NCBI GenBank assembly: GCA_013002995.1
Contig: JABDLO010000298.1
Span: 1 to 16,934 of the forward strand
Origin: Saprospiraceae bacterium
Lineage (GTDB): Bacteria; Bacteroidota; Bacteroidia; Chitinophagales; Saprospiraceae
DNA length: 16,934 nucleotides
Reading direction: 5' to 3'
Each line of letters begins with the position of its first letter. Position 1 is the first letter of the stretch. The translations under genes were made by a program, and so were the position numbers. Below the pieces are notes generated by a model. That model searched no databases. It was not told the DNA's origin and was given only the letters and a program-made list of their open reading frames with translations. Of the stretch, positions 1 to 8,668 are shown piece by piece.

Positions 1-1182
1 GGAGAGGATCATATTAATAATACAGAATTGATAATCATCGACAACCCACGTCCTTTGCAATATGCTATTTTAATAGAAGCTCACGAATCAGAAGATGATA
101 TCATCCCATTTGCAGTAGCATACCACTTCATACCTGAAGATTCTTTCACATGGGAATTTCCTTCCTCTAATGACCGGATAGATTCTAAGGGAAAAACCTA
201 TCTAAGGTGGTCAAATACATTTGAAGAAGAACAATCAGGAAGCCTCTCTATAAAGAGCCTGGATAATGATGAGATTTCATTTATTAATGATTTGGATACT
301 TTGAAATCAGGAAACTTTCTTGAGTTTAATTTGCCGTTTGGATCGTATCAATTGATAATGGATGTTGCAGGAAATTCCTACCGATCGGATACTTTTGCCA
401 TTTATCCTGATATTCAACTTGATGCTATAAATCTTTGTGGCAATGACCTGTTGTTGGAATGGGATTATGATTCTGATGTAGAGAATTACCAGTTATTGAC
501 CATCAGAGAAGATACACTCATCCCTTTTCTTACGACTACTTCAAGAGGGTATGAATTCATAGACTTTTCAGAGTTAAATACTCCCTACATTGCCGTGAAG
601 CCAGTCAATGATGATGGAGTTACAGGACATAATTCTTACACCTTGAATATAAATTTTGTTAAACCTCCATGTTATATAAAATCATTTTCCGGATTCTTAG
701 AGAACGATGATTTGATTCGATTAAATCTTGGCCTATCAACGACCAGAGAAGTTGAAGACATCCGGATATACAGCAATACTTCGGGAGTATCTGAATTGCT
801 TTCTTCATTTGTACCTAATATGTTGAGTTTTTCGACAACCGATGACAACATTGATATAGGAGACAATCAGTACACCGCTGAAATATCTTTAAAGGATGGA
901 AATATCATTTCTCAGGAAATCACCATTGAATTCATTCCGGCCGGTGTATATGAAATACTTCAGAATCCTGTATTGGAAGGTGAGGATATCGTCATTAAAA
1001 AGAATGCAGAGCAAGGAGCAACATTTGATCTTTTCTCCTCAACCGGATACAAAGTAAGATCTCAACCTTTAAATGGATCATTAATTTTTATTGATACAAG
1101 TTACCTCCCTTCAGGTTCCTATCCTTACATCATTTATTCAGGGGATGATGTCTTTAAAAAAGGAATCATCATTATTATTTAA
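1..1182 (+). CDS. Secreted protein with T9SS (Por) C-terminal sorting domain; 5'-partial, the reading frame is open to window start
   Basis: ORF 28..1182, with an in-frame open frame from nt 1. The last ~75 aa (LQNPVLEGEDIVIKKNAEQGATFDLFSSTGYKV...LPSGSYPYIIYSGDDVFKKGIIII) follow the T9SS CTD pattern. The upstream part is beta-rich, Ig/FN3-like and repetitive. Confidence 0.7.
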   Translation, partial: GEDHINNTELIIIDNPRPLQYAILIEAHESEDDIIPFAVAYHFIPEDSFTWEFPSSNDRIDSKGKTYLRWSNTFEEEQSGSLSIKSLDNDEISFINDLDTLKSGNFLEFNLPFGSYQLIMDVAGNSYRSDTFAIYPDIQLDAINLCGNDLLLEWDYDSDVENYQLLTIREDTLIPFLTTTSRGYEFIDFSELNTPYIAVKPVNDDGVTGHNSYTLNINFVKPPCYIKSFSGFLENDDLIRLNLGLSTTREVEDIRIYSNTSGVSELLSSFVPNMLSFSTTDDNIDIGDNQYTAEISLKDGNIISQEITIEFIPAGVYEILQNPVLEGEDIVIKKNAEQGATFDLFSSTGYKVRSQPLNGSLIFIDTSYLPSGSYPYIIYSGDDVFKKGIIIII

Positions 1183-1230
1183 ATTAGTCTATATCCTGCT
1201 TATTTGTGAATGAGCTTTTACCGCAGAGTA

Positions 1231-1328
1231 TAAAGAGTCCGGCACAAAGTTCCACTGAGTTTACTCTGCAACACTCTGCGAAAAAAAACTCAGCGGCACT
1301 CTGTGGTTAAAATTCTTCTGTTTATCAA
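1231..1328. repeat. Copy A of a ~95-bp intergenic repeat element with internal inverted repeats (CGCAGAGT...ACTCTGCG...ACTCTGTGGTTAAAA)
   Basis: About 75% identity to 3995..4090 over its full length. It shares the blocks GAGTC.GGCACA.AGTT.CAC, ACTCTGCGAAAAA and ACTCTGTGGTTAAAA. It sits between convergent genes. Confidence 0.7.
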
Positions 1329-1343
1329 TTCCAAAAGTAAATC

Positions 1344-2072
1344 CTACATTTCCTTCACATCCTCCAATTCAATCCTCGATAACTCAATCAATTTCCCTTG
1401 CTCCAGCAATTGATCATAATCTTCCAATGGAGTAGTAGCGTCTGATTCCTTATAATTGATGTAATCCTGCCAGATGATTCCACCCACTTTCCTTGAATTA
1501 TAAGCTTTTCTGAATCTGAATCCGCCCTTGTTTACATGAAATTCATAAGCCAGGTAATCCATCGTTTTTTTCTCCTTATGAAACCAATAAATGAATACAT
1601 CTTCAAAATCCTCCCCTCCACCTTCTTGATCAAAAGTCACTTTGATCTTATGATATGGTTCTCCTTCAACCATCGCTTCTCCAAGGTACTCCTTGTTTAC
1701 CGCTGCATCATTTAACGCAAAAGGCAAAAGCGCAAAATAAACCTGAGAATTGATGGATTCTTTTACACTATTGTATGTCTTGCCATTCAATTCTACATTT
1801 TCAGCATTCAATTGCCTACTTACTCCATCATTGTCTAGCACTTCTGTATACAATCCCATATCTCCATTATAGGTTCTTTGATACTTGAATTCCCCTTTAT
1901 TTCTTTTGATTTCGTATAGATATTTTCTAAACTTAAAACCGATGTGAAGTTTTTCATATTTCTTTCCTCCATGGGCTTTGATGGCATCATCTACAATCTT
2001 CTGTGCTATATCATTGTCCGATGTAGAAAAAGATAGGAGGGCTATAATAAGTGAAGTTGCTAATAAGTGCAT
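1344..2072 (-). CDS. Secreted hypothetical protein (SPI signal peptide, 242 aa)
   Basis: Full ORF with N-terminal MHLLATSLIIALLSFSTS hydrophobic signal and no lipobox Cys. I recognise no confident family. Confidence 0.6.
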   Translation of the reverse strand: MHLLATSLIIALLSFSTSDNDIAQKIVDDAIKAHGGKKYEKLHIGFKFRKYLYEIKRNKGEFKYQRTYNGDMGLYTEVLDNDGVSRQLNAENVELNGKTYNSVKESINSQVYFALLPFALNDAAVNKEYLGEAMVEGEPYHKIKVTFDQEGGGEDFEDVFIYWFHKEKKTMDYLAYEFHVNKGGFRFRKAYNSRKVGGIIWQDYINYKESDATTPLEDYDQLLEQGKLIELSRIELEDVKEM

Positions 2073-2163
2073 GCTGATGTGTTTTTATAATGAATGCAAT
2101 TTGACAACATTAGTTGAAATTATCCTAATTTAAAAGTTGAAAATATCCTAATAACGACATCTA

Positions 2164-3441
2164 GTGATTGATGATTACCTTTGCACATTCCAAGCAACCA
2201 GGGTGAGTAAAAGAAATAAACACAGATCAGGTAGAAAGAAAACTCAGAGTAAAAAATATTCTTCTAAGACGAATAAACCCATATCTGGGAAACATAAGCC
2301 TAAGAAACCAAAATCAAATCCAAAATCAGGAACTAATAAAATACCTCTAAAGCTTCTGGTCCATCATCCAGGTAAAAGAGACCTGAGGTTACTGGTTTCA
2401 GATACCTCATTTGAAGATATTCAATTGGCAGAGCAGCTCAAGCGTAATATCAGGAAGATGGGAATTACTCATATGACACCGATTCAGAAAGATGCTTTCA
2501 ATCCGGTTCTAAATGGAAATGATACCATGGGTATAGCCAGAACAGGCACAGGAAAGACCATTGGCTTCTTACTTCCTCTTATTCAGCGTAAGCTACAATT
2601 TAAAGAAATAGGAAGAGTATTAATATTGGTTCCAACCAGGGAGTTGGCATTACAGGTGGAAGAGACGTGTCGACAATTGCTTGAGGATACAGGAATGGGC
2701 TCTTCATGTTTTATTGGAGGAAGAAGTATTAAACATGATATTGAGGAAATAAAAAACGATTCCACTTTCCTGGTTTCCACTACAGGCAGGATGAAAGATC
2801 TCCTTAACAGAAGATATTTAGATATCAGGGATGTGAATGTATTGGTATTGGATGAATATGATCGCATGCTGGATATGGGGTTTGCAAAAGATGTAAAGTT
2901 GATCATATCCAAAATGGGAGAACGAAAGCAAACACTTCTTTTCTCTGCCACCATTGATGGGAAGTTGAAAAATATTGTTCATGATCTTCTGGAAGAACCT
3001 GAGATCGTCAAGGCCTCTTCCGGCAAAGAAGTGGCAAGGACCATCAGGCAGGATATTGTAAGATATGAAGCCAATAAGAAATTTGACAAATTATTAGACC
3101 TCTTGATTGACCCTTCTCTTGAAAAAGTATTGATCTTCTGTGATACCCGCCGACAAGTGGAAAACCTTTATGAACAGTTGGATTCCTATGCTGTGCCTGT
3201 AGATCAGATTCATGGTGATAAAACTCAGGCTTATCGCAAGAGAGCCTTGGAAAAATTTAAAAAGGGAGAATTGAGAGTATTGGTTGCAACTGACGTTGCT
3301 TCCAGAGGCCTGGATATTGATGAAGTGAGCCATGTGATCAATTATTATATTCCATTTGATTATGAGACATACATACATCGGATTGGCCGGACTGGACGAG
3401 CCGGAAAAGGTGGTATTGCCTGGACATTTGTGTCGGCATAA
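2164..3441 (+). CDS. DEAD-box ATP-dependent RNA helicase (motif II variant DEYD); the start codon is uncertain
   Basis: Q-motif (F..17 aa..MTPIQ), motif I ARTGTGKT, Ia PTRELA, GG, Ib TTGR, II VLVLDEYDRMLDMGF, III SAT, IV LIFCDTRR, V TDVASRGLD and VI HRIGRTGRAG are all present. The ORF as called starts with GTG at 2164, and there is no in-frame ATG before the Q-motif. Confidence 0.9.
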   Translation: MIDDYLCTFQATRVSKRNKHRSGRKKTQSKKYSSKTNKPISGKHKPKKPKSNPKSGTNKIPLKLLVHHPGKRDLRLLVSDTSFEDIQLAEQLKRNIRKMGITHMTPIQKDAFNPVLNGNDTMGIARTGTGKTIGFLLPLIQRKLQFKEIGRVLILVPTRELALQVEETCRQLLEDTGMGSSCFIGGRSIKHDIEEIKNDSTFLVSTTGRMKDLLNRRYLDIRDVNVLVLDEYDRMLDMGFAKDVKLIISKMGERKQTLLFSATIDGKLKNIVHDLLEEPEIVKASSGKEVARTIRQDIVRYEANKKFDKLLDLLIDPSLEKVLIFCDTRRQVENLYEQLDSYAVPVDQIHGDKTQAYRKRALEKFKKGELRVLVATDVASRGLDIDEVSHVINYYIPFDYETYIHRIGRTGRAGKGGIAWTFVSA

Positions 3442-3523
3442 TAAAAGATTGTCGGATATATGATTTGGATCACATTATAAAAATCATTCGCTTCTTAATT
3501 TTACCATTAGTTATACTGAAATT

Positions 3524-3949
3524 ATGAAATTCAAATTGTCATTAGTATCCGGATTCGTATTGGTGATTTTGTTTGTATTAAGTTGTGCCAATGGAGAGAA
3601 AAAACAACTCAACCCCAATGGAGATTCTGAACTGGCCCTCCTTATGAGAGAAATGGAAGCCAATGCCCTGGATATGAAGAAATTCATTGAGACAGGTCGG
3701 GTTCCGGCATCAGATTATGATCATTCTACTTTATTCACAGCAATTCCAACAGAAGAAGGTAAAACAGACCTCCCGGAATATAAGACGATGGCTCAATCTT
3801 ACCTGGATGCCATGAAATCATTACAGTCAGCCAACCAGAATACTGCGGCCGGTGCCTATAAGGATATGGTAGATATGTGCCTTTCTTGTCATAAAAGCAT
3901 GTGCCCGGGACCTGTGGTGAGGATTGAGAAGTTGTATGTAGGGGAATGA
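3524..3949 (+). CDS. Small lipoprotein with C-terminal CxxCH heme-binding motif (putative class II / cytochrome c'-like c-type cytochrome)
   Basis: SPII signal with lipobox (FVLS-C). A single CLSCH motif lies about 20 aa from the C-terminus, as in four-helix-bundle class II cytochromes c. The rest of the protein is helical in character. 141 aa. Confidence 0.5.
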   Translation: MKFKLSLVSGFVLVILFVLSCANGEKKQLNPNGDSELALLMREMEANALDMKKFIETGRVPASDYDHSTLFTAIPTEEGKTDLPEYKTMAQSYLDAMKSLQSANQNTAAGAYKDMVDMCLSCHKSMCPGPVVRIEKLYVGE

Positions 3950-3994
3950 GAGTTGGCATGTGACTTCTAACAAAATCATGCCTCGTGATATCTT

Positions 3995-4090
3995 TACCAC
4001 AGAGTAGTCTGAGTCTGGCACAGAGTTTCACGGAGTATCTGTGTGACTCTGCGAAAAACTTTGTGAAACTCTGTGGTTAAAACTTTTCCA
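3995..4090. repeat. Copy B of the ~95-bp intergenic repeat element (CACAGAGT x2 ... ACTCTGCG ... ACTCTGTGGTTAAAA)
   Basis: Aligns to 1231..1328. It lies between the lipoprotein gene and the protease gene, about 155 bp upstream of the protease ATG (4247). Confidence 0.7.
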
Positions 4091-4246
4091 CTTCAATTAA
4101 TTTCCAACCTACCTGCCATTAGACAGGTCTCTCCAATTTCTAAAAAGATCAATAAAATTGAGTCACTAAACACTTATTACTCAACACTTAAATACTCTCC
4201 TCTTCTTTTATTACCTTCGAGCCCTTATAAAAAATCAAATCTTGAT

Positions 4247-7200
4247 ATGTATAAATTAAACCTAACCTTATTGCTGTCTTTTCTTGCAATTGTGCTTGTT
4301 GGACAAGACAGTCCATTGTGGATGAGATATCCATCTATTTCTCCTGATGGAAGCACCATTGTATTTACTTACAAAGGAGATCTTTACACGGTCAATGCTT
4401 TAGGTGGTGAAGCTCGTCAGATCACCTATCATGATGCACATGACTATGCAGCGGTATGGAGTAAAGACGGAGAGAACATAGCCTTTGCCTCTGATAGATA
4501 CGGTAACTTCGATATATATACCATGGATGCAATGGGAGGACAAGCTACCCGCCTTACATTTCATTCAGCTGATGAAAAGCCTTTTTCTTTCACGCATGAT
4601 GATGCGTCCATATTATTTGGTGCTACAAGACAGGATGCTGTAAATCATAGACAATATCCTACTGGGGCTCAACCTGAATTATATAGTGTTCCTGCTAAAG
4701 GAGGACGTGTGTCTCAGGTATTGACAGTACCTGCTGAGGATGCAGTCATGACAAGCAATGGTGGTACAATACTATACCATGATCGCAAAGGGTATGAAAA
4801 TGAATGGAGGAAACATCATACCTCTTCCATTACAAGAGATGTGTGGAGTTATAATCTGCAGACAGGAGCGCATACCATGTTGACAGATCACAATGCGGAG
4901 GATCGCAATCCTGTTATTGCCTCCGATAACAATACAGTCTATTTTTTAAGTGCCAGGGATGGAATATTCAATGTTCATCAGATGTCATTGAGCAATCCCC
5001 AAGCTGTTACTCAGTTGACCAGTTTTGAAACACATCCTGTTAGATTCTTAAGTAGGGGAGGGAATCAACTTTGTTTTGGCTGGGATGGAGAAATATATAC
5101 TATGGCTGATGGTGGCCAACCTCAGAAGGTGAATGTTACTATTCGTACCCAGGACAAGAATAACAGTGATAAATTCATCAATATTACAAGTGGTGTCAGG
5201 GAGATGGATATATCTCCTGATGGAAAAGAAATTGCTTTTATCGCCCGTGGAGAAGTGTTTGTGACATCAGTCAGTGAGTCATTTACCAAAAGGATTACCA
5301 ATACTCCGGAGCAGGAAAGATTTGTTACCTGGGGCCCTGATGGTAAAAGTATTGTGTATGCTGGAGAGAGAGATGGAAAGTGGAGCATTTATGAGACCAA
5401 GAAACTTAGAGAAGAAGAGCCATTCTTTTATGCCTCTACTTTAATCGAAGAGAAAACATTGATGAGTGATGACACCGATCACTATATGCCCAGGTTTTCA
5501 CCTGACGGTAAAAAAATGGCATGGATCAAAGGACGTAGAACGCTTTCAGTGAAAAACCTGGAAGACAACAGCGTTATTGATCTATTGACTCCTGAAGACC
5601 TCTATCATATGAGGGATGGAGATAAGAACTTCACTTGGAGTCCTGATTCAAAGTGGATATTGGTGGACTGGGGTAAGACCTTAAGCAATGGTGAAATCCT
5701 CCTGATGGCAGCTGATGGAAGCCGTCGTATGAATCTCAATGAAAGCGGTTACTATGATTCTTCTCCTAAATGGGTAAATGAAGGCAAACAAATGTTGTGG
5801 TTCAGTAATCGACATGGATTGAAATCATATGCAACAAGTGGCAGGACACAGAATGATGTTTATACCATGTTTTTTGATAAAGAAGCCTGGGATAAGTTTA
5901 ATATGAGTGAAGAAGATTTTAAGCTCATGAAGGAAATTGAAAAGGCGAATAAGAAAGATGAGAAGAAGGATGATGATAAAGAGAAGAAAGATGATGATAA
6001 AGAGGAAAAGAAAAAGGAAGTGGAGCCTTTGAATTTCGATTGGGAGCATATGAAAGATCGTACCGCCCGATTGACTATCCATTCCTCTTCATTGGGTGAT
6101 GCAGTGTTATCTAAGGACGGTGAGACATTGTATTACCTGGCAAGATTCGAGCAGAACCTGAATTTATGGTCTACTAATCTTAGGACCAAAGAGACCAAGA
6201 TGGTCATTAAATTAAACGCAAGGTCAGGAGGATTGGCATGGGATGATAAAAGGGAAAACCTCTATTTATTAAGTGGAGGATCGATATCCAAGATCGACCC
6301 CAAAGCTGGGAAGAAAACGGCGATAAAGATTAAAGGTGAAATGGCTTACGATGCGATGGCAGAAAGAGCAAGCCTTTACGAACATGTAAAGATCAGAACC
6401 GGAGCAATATTTTATGAACCTACATACCATGGTATCGACTGGGAGATGATGTCAGGTCATTATGAGCGATTTGTACCACACATAGGTAACTCATATGAAT
6501 TTGCAGAATTGCTTTCAGAATTACTTGGTGAGTTAAATGTATCTCATGCAGGAGCAAGATACAATGGTAATATCCCTAATGGCGATGCTACAGCTTCATT
6601 GGGAATCTTTATGAATTATGGTCATACAGGTAATGGGATTCTGATTGATGAAGTGATGATTGGAGGGCCTTTGGATAAGGCTGGAATGGATATTTCCGTC
6701 GGTGATATCATTGAAAAAATTGATGGTGAAATGGTTACTCCTGATCGCGATGTAGCTGCATTTCTTAATCGCAAAGCCGGGGACTTCACGCTCATTGAAG
6801 TAATTGATGGAGAAACAAAAGAAAGAAGAACTTATACTGTCAAGCCTATGTCATTGGGACAAGAAAATGGTATACTTTATAAGAGATGGGTTGATAATAA
6901 TAAGAAGGAAGTGGAGGAAAAGTCTAATGGTATGCTCGGTTATGTCCATATTCCTGGAATGGGCGACAGACAATTCAGAAGCGTTTATCAGGATATGATG
7001 GGTAAGTATTTCGAGAGCAAGGGTGTAATTATCGATACTCGATTTAACGGAGGTGGAGATCTTGTTGCTGACCTGGCCATGTTCTTCACAGGAGAGCCAT
7101 TTATTACATATGCTACAGAAGATAAGGTGGTCGGTGGAGAACCTACTTCTCGATGGACAAAGCCAGTACTTTCACTATTTAACGAAAGTATGTACAGTGA

Positions 7201-7483
7201 TGGACATTGTTATGCCAGTGGTTATGTGGATTTGAATATCGGTAAATCAGTCGGTATGCCAGTACCGGGTACTTGTAGTTATGCTGGATGGGAAGGATTG
7301 GCAGATGGATCAAGATGGGGTGTCGTTCCTGTCAGTGCAAGAAATATGGCAGGAGAATGGATGGAAAATAATCAGACTGACCCAACCATTTTGGTTAAAA
7401 ATATGCCAGGAGTAATCGACAATGGAATTGATCAACAGCTTGAACGAGCTATAGAAGAGATGTTAAAGGATGTAGGGAATTAG
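4247..7483 (+). CDS. Tricorn-protease-like S41 family peptidase (N-terminal TolB-like beta-propellers, PDZ, C-terminal S41 catalytic domain), with signal peptide
   Basis: Start taken at the ATG at 4247 (MYKLNLTLLLSFLAIVLVG signal peptide). The 4073 GTG of the ORF track lies in the repeat and leader region. It has repeated SPDG/PDGK propeller blades and a PDZ-like region (GILIDEVMIGGPLDKAGMDISVGDII). The S41 core includes DTRFNGGG and a following Ser region. The overall ~1080 aa architecture matches bacterial tricorn homologues. Confidence 0.85.
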   Translation: MYKLNLTLLLSFLAIVLVGQDSPLWMRYPSISPDGSTIVFTYKGDLYTVNALGGEARQITYHDAHDYAAVWSKDGENIAFASDRYGNFDIYTMDAMGGQATRLTFHSADEKPFSFTHDDASILFGATRQDAVNHRQYPTGAQPELYSVPAKGGRVSQVLTVPAEDAVMTSNGGTILYHDRKGYENEWRKHHTSSITRDVWSYNLQTGAHTMLTDHNAEDRNPVIASDNNTVYFLSARDGIFNVHQMSLSNPQAVTQLTSFETHPVRFLSRGGNQLCFGWDGEIYTMADGGQPQKVNVTIRTQDKNNSDKFINITSGVREMDISPDGKEIAFIARGEVFVTSVSESFTKRITNTPEQERFVTWGPDGKSIVYAGERDGKWSIYETKKLREEEPFFYASTLIEEKTLMSDDTDHYMPRFSPDGKKMAWIKGRRTLSVKNLEDNSVIDLLTPEDLYHMRDGDKNFTWSPDSKWILVDWGKTLSNGEILLMAADGSRRMNLNESGYYDSSPKWVNEGKQMLWFSNRHGLKSYATSGRTQNDVYTMFFDKEAWDKFNMSEEDFKLMKEIEKANKKDEKKDDDKEKKDDDKEEKKKEVEPLNFDWEHMKDRTARLTIHSSSLGDAVLSKDGETLYYLARFEQNLNLWSTNLRTKETKMVIKLNARSGGLAWDDKRENLYLLSGGSISKIDPKAGKKTAIKIKGEMAYDAMAERASLYEHVKIRTGAIFYEPTYHGIDWEMMSGHYERFVPHIGNSYEFAELLSELLGELNVSHAGARYNGNIPNGDATASLGIFMNYGHTGNGILIDEVMIGGPLDKAGMDISVGDIIEKIDGEMVTPDRDVAAFLNRKAGDFTLIEVIDGETKERRTYTVKPMSLGQENGILYKRWVDNNKKEVEEKSNGMLGYVHIPGMGDRQFRSVYQDMMGKYFESKGVIIDTRFNGGGDLVADLAMFFTGEPFITYATEDKVVGGEPTSRWTKPVLSLFNESMYSDGHCYASGYVDLNIGKSVGMPVPGTCSYAGWEGLADGSRWGVVPVSARNMAGEWMENNQTDPTILVKNMPGVIDNGIDQQLERAIEEMLKDVGN

Positions 7484-7532
7484 GAATTTAGATTTTGATA
7501 TAAAATACGAGATCTAAATAGTCATAACTGAT

Positions 7533-7576
7533 AAAAAATACCCCCTTCCTGGCTAAGGTTGGGGGTATTCTTATTT
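7533..7576. terminator. Bidirectional rho-independent terminator between convergent protease and SPFH genes
   Basis: A-run (7533-7538), then stem AATACCCCC (7537-7545) paired with GGGGGTATT (7561-7569), then a T-rich stretch (cttattt). Confidence 0.6.
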
Positions 7577-8668
7577 GACACTGATCATAGATCTCAATTG
7601 ATCGACAATAGCTCCACCACCATTGACAGTGATTTCACCCACTTTGTCAGCAATCTTTTCCATGAATTCCATTTCCTTGAGCTTGAACAACATGTCGTTG
7701 TCCTGCATCAACCTGGCAGTGTTGAGTAAGCTTCTTGTTGAAGCTGTTTCCTCACGCCTCATAATGGTATTGGCCTGGGCCTGTTTTTCAGCAACCAATA
7801 CCTGGTTCATGATTTCTTTCACATCGCCAGGTAAGATGATATCTCTTACCCCGCAGTCAAGGATTTTTACACCAAGTTCTTGCGCTCGTGTATCTGCATA
7901 CTCAAGAATATAAGGAGCAATGGCAGACTTGTTACGGAGCAACTGGTCCAATGTGTATTGACCAACGTACTCCCTCAAGCCGAGCTGTATCATTACATAA
8001 AGCTGTCTTGCATAGTCCCTGCTTTCTGTCAATGCAGTAATGATATCTTCTACCTGGTAATAAGCAAAAAGATTCATTCTAATGCTTGCTTTATCTGCAG
8101 TTAAAAGCTCTTGTCCACTGATTTCTACTTGCTGTTTACGAGTGTCTACCTTTGAAATAAGAACATTTTGTTCTCCTTTCCAATAATAGTATACTCCGGG
8201 ACCAAGCTCTTTATTCATAATGCCATTCACATAGAGGATACCTTTTTCATAGCTTTCTATGATGTGCATTGTGACGAATCTCATGACTTCTGGCTGGTGT
8301 AATACCTTCCGATTGATTGTTTCACTCACTTCGATCTGATCAAGATTGATGATTTCATGTGTCAATGATGGGTTGTCCTTCCATATTGGATACCTGCCTG
8401 ACTTCAATACAGTATCGAAATTACCATTCTTGTATTGAATGGCTATTTCATTATCGGCCACATTAACAATGTTCAATCTTGACCTGAGATTTTCACACTT
8501 CATCAAGAGATCCAAATCAATCTCATGGTAAAATAATTCTGTGATATCATACTTGATGACTTTCTTCCAAGGACTTATCCAGTATCTTCCTTGATCCAAT
8601 ACTCGGACAAGTTCTCCATTTCTGAACACCAATGCTTTTTCATAAGCATTAACTCTAACTTGTCTCAT
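7571..8668 (-). CDS. SPFH/band-7 (stomatin/prohibitin-like) domain protein, cytoplasmic, with a triplicated N-terminal beta-module
   Basis: The C-terminal half has a typical SPFH core (TADKASIRMNLFAYYQVED...VKILDCGVRDIILPGDVKEIMNQVLVAEKQAQANTIMRREETAS). The N-terminal 180 aa contain three copies of the v.e.e.g.v..NG....L..G.Y.i module. No TM segment is present. Confidence 0.85.
   Translation of the reverse strand: MRQVRVNAYEKALVFRNGELVRVLDQGRYWISPWKKVIKYDITELFYHEIDLDLLMKCENLRSRLNIVNVADNEIAIQYKNGNFDTVLKSGRYPIWKDNPSLTHEIINLDQIEVSETINRKVLHQPEVMRFVTMHIIESYEKGILYVNGIMNKELGPGVYYYWKGEQNVLISKVDTRKQQVEISGQELLTADKASIRMNLFAYYQVEDIITALTESRDYARQLYVMIQLGLREYVGQYTLDQLLRNKSAIAPYILEYADTRAQELGVKILDCGVRDIILPGDVKEIMNQVLVAEKQAQANTIMRREETASTRSLLNTARLMQDNDMLFKLKEMEFMEKIADKVGEITVNGGGAIVDQLRSMISVK

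Noticed and set aside
672-866. Short ORFs antisense within larger genes (672..866, 2583..2954, 3094..3378, 3735..4031, 5122..5388, 5825..6082, 7623..7913, 7880..8104, 12127..12509, 13197..13640, 14279..14935, 15633..15935 etc.)
   Set aside because: All are embedded in, and antisense or out of frame to, long ORFs with clear homology. They have low-complexity or odd composition and no independent signals.
4073-4246. N-terminal 58-aa extension of the protease ORF from a GTG at 4073
   Set aside because: It lies inside the intergenic repeat element. The ATG at 4247 is followed immediately by a canonical signal peptide, so the extension is almost certainly untranslated.
6804-7235. Short + strand ORFs (6804..6998, 7053..7235) inside the protease gene in other frames
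   Set aside because: Out-of-frame overlaps of a well-supported long CDS.
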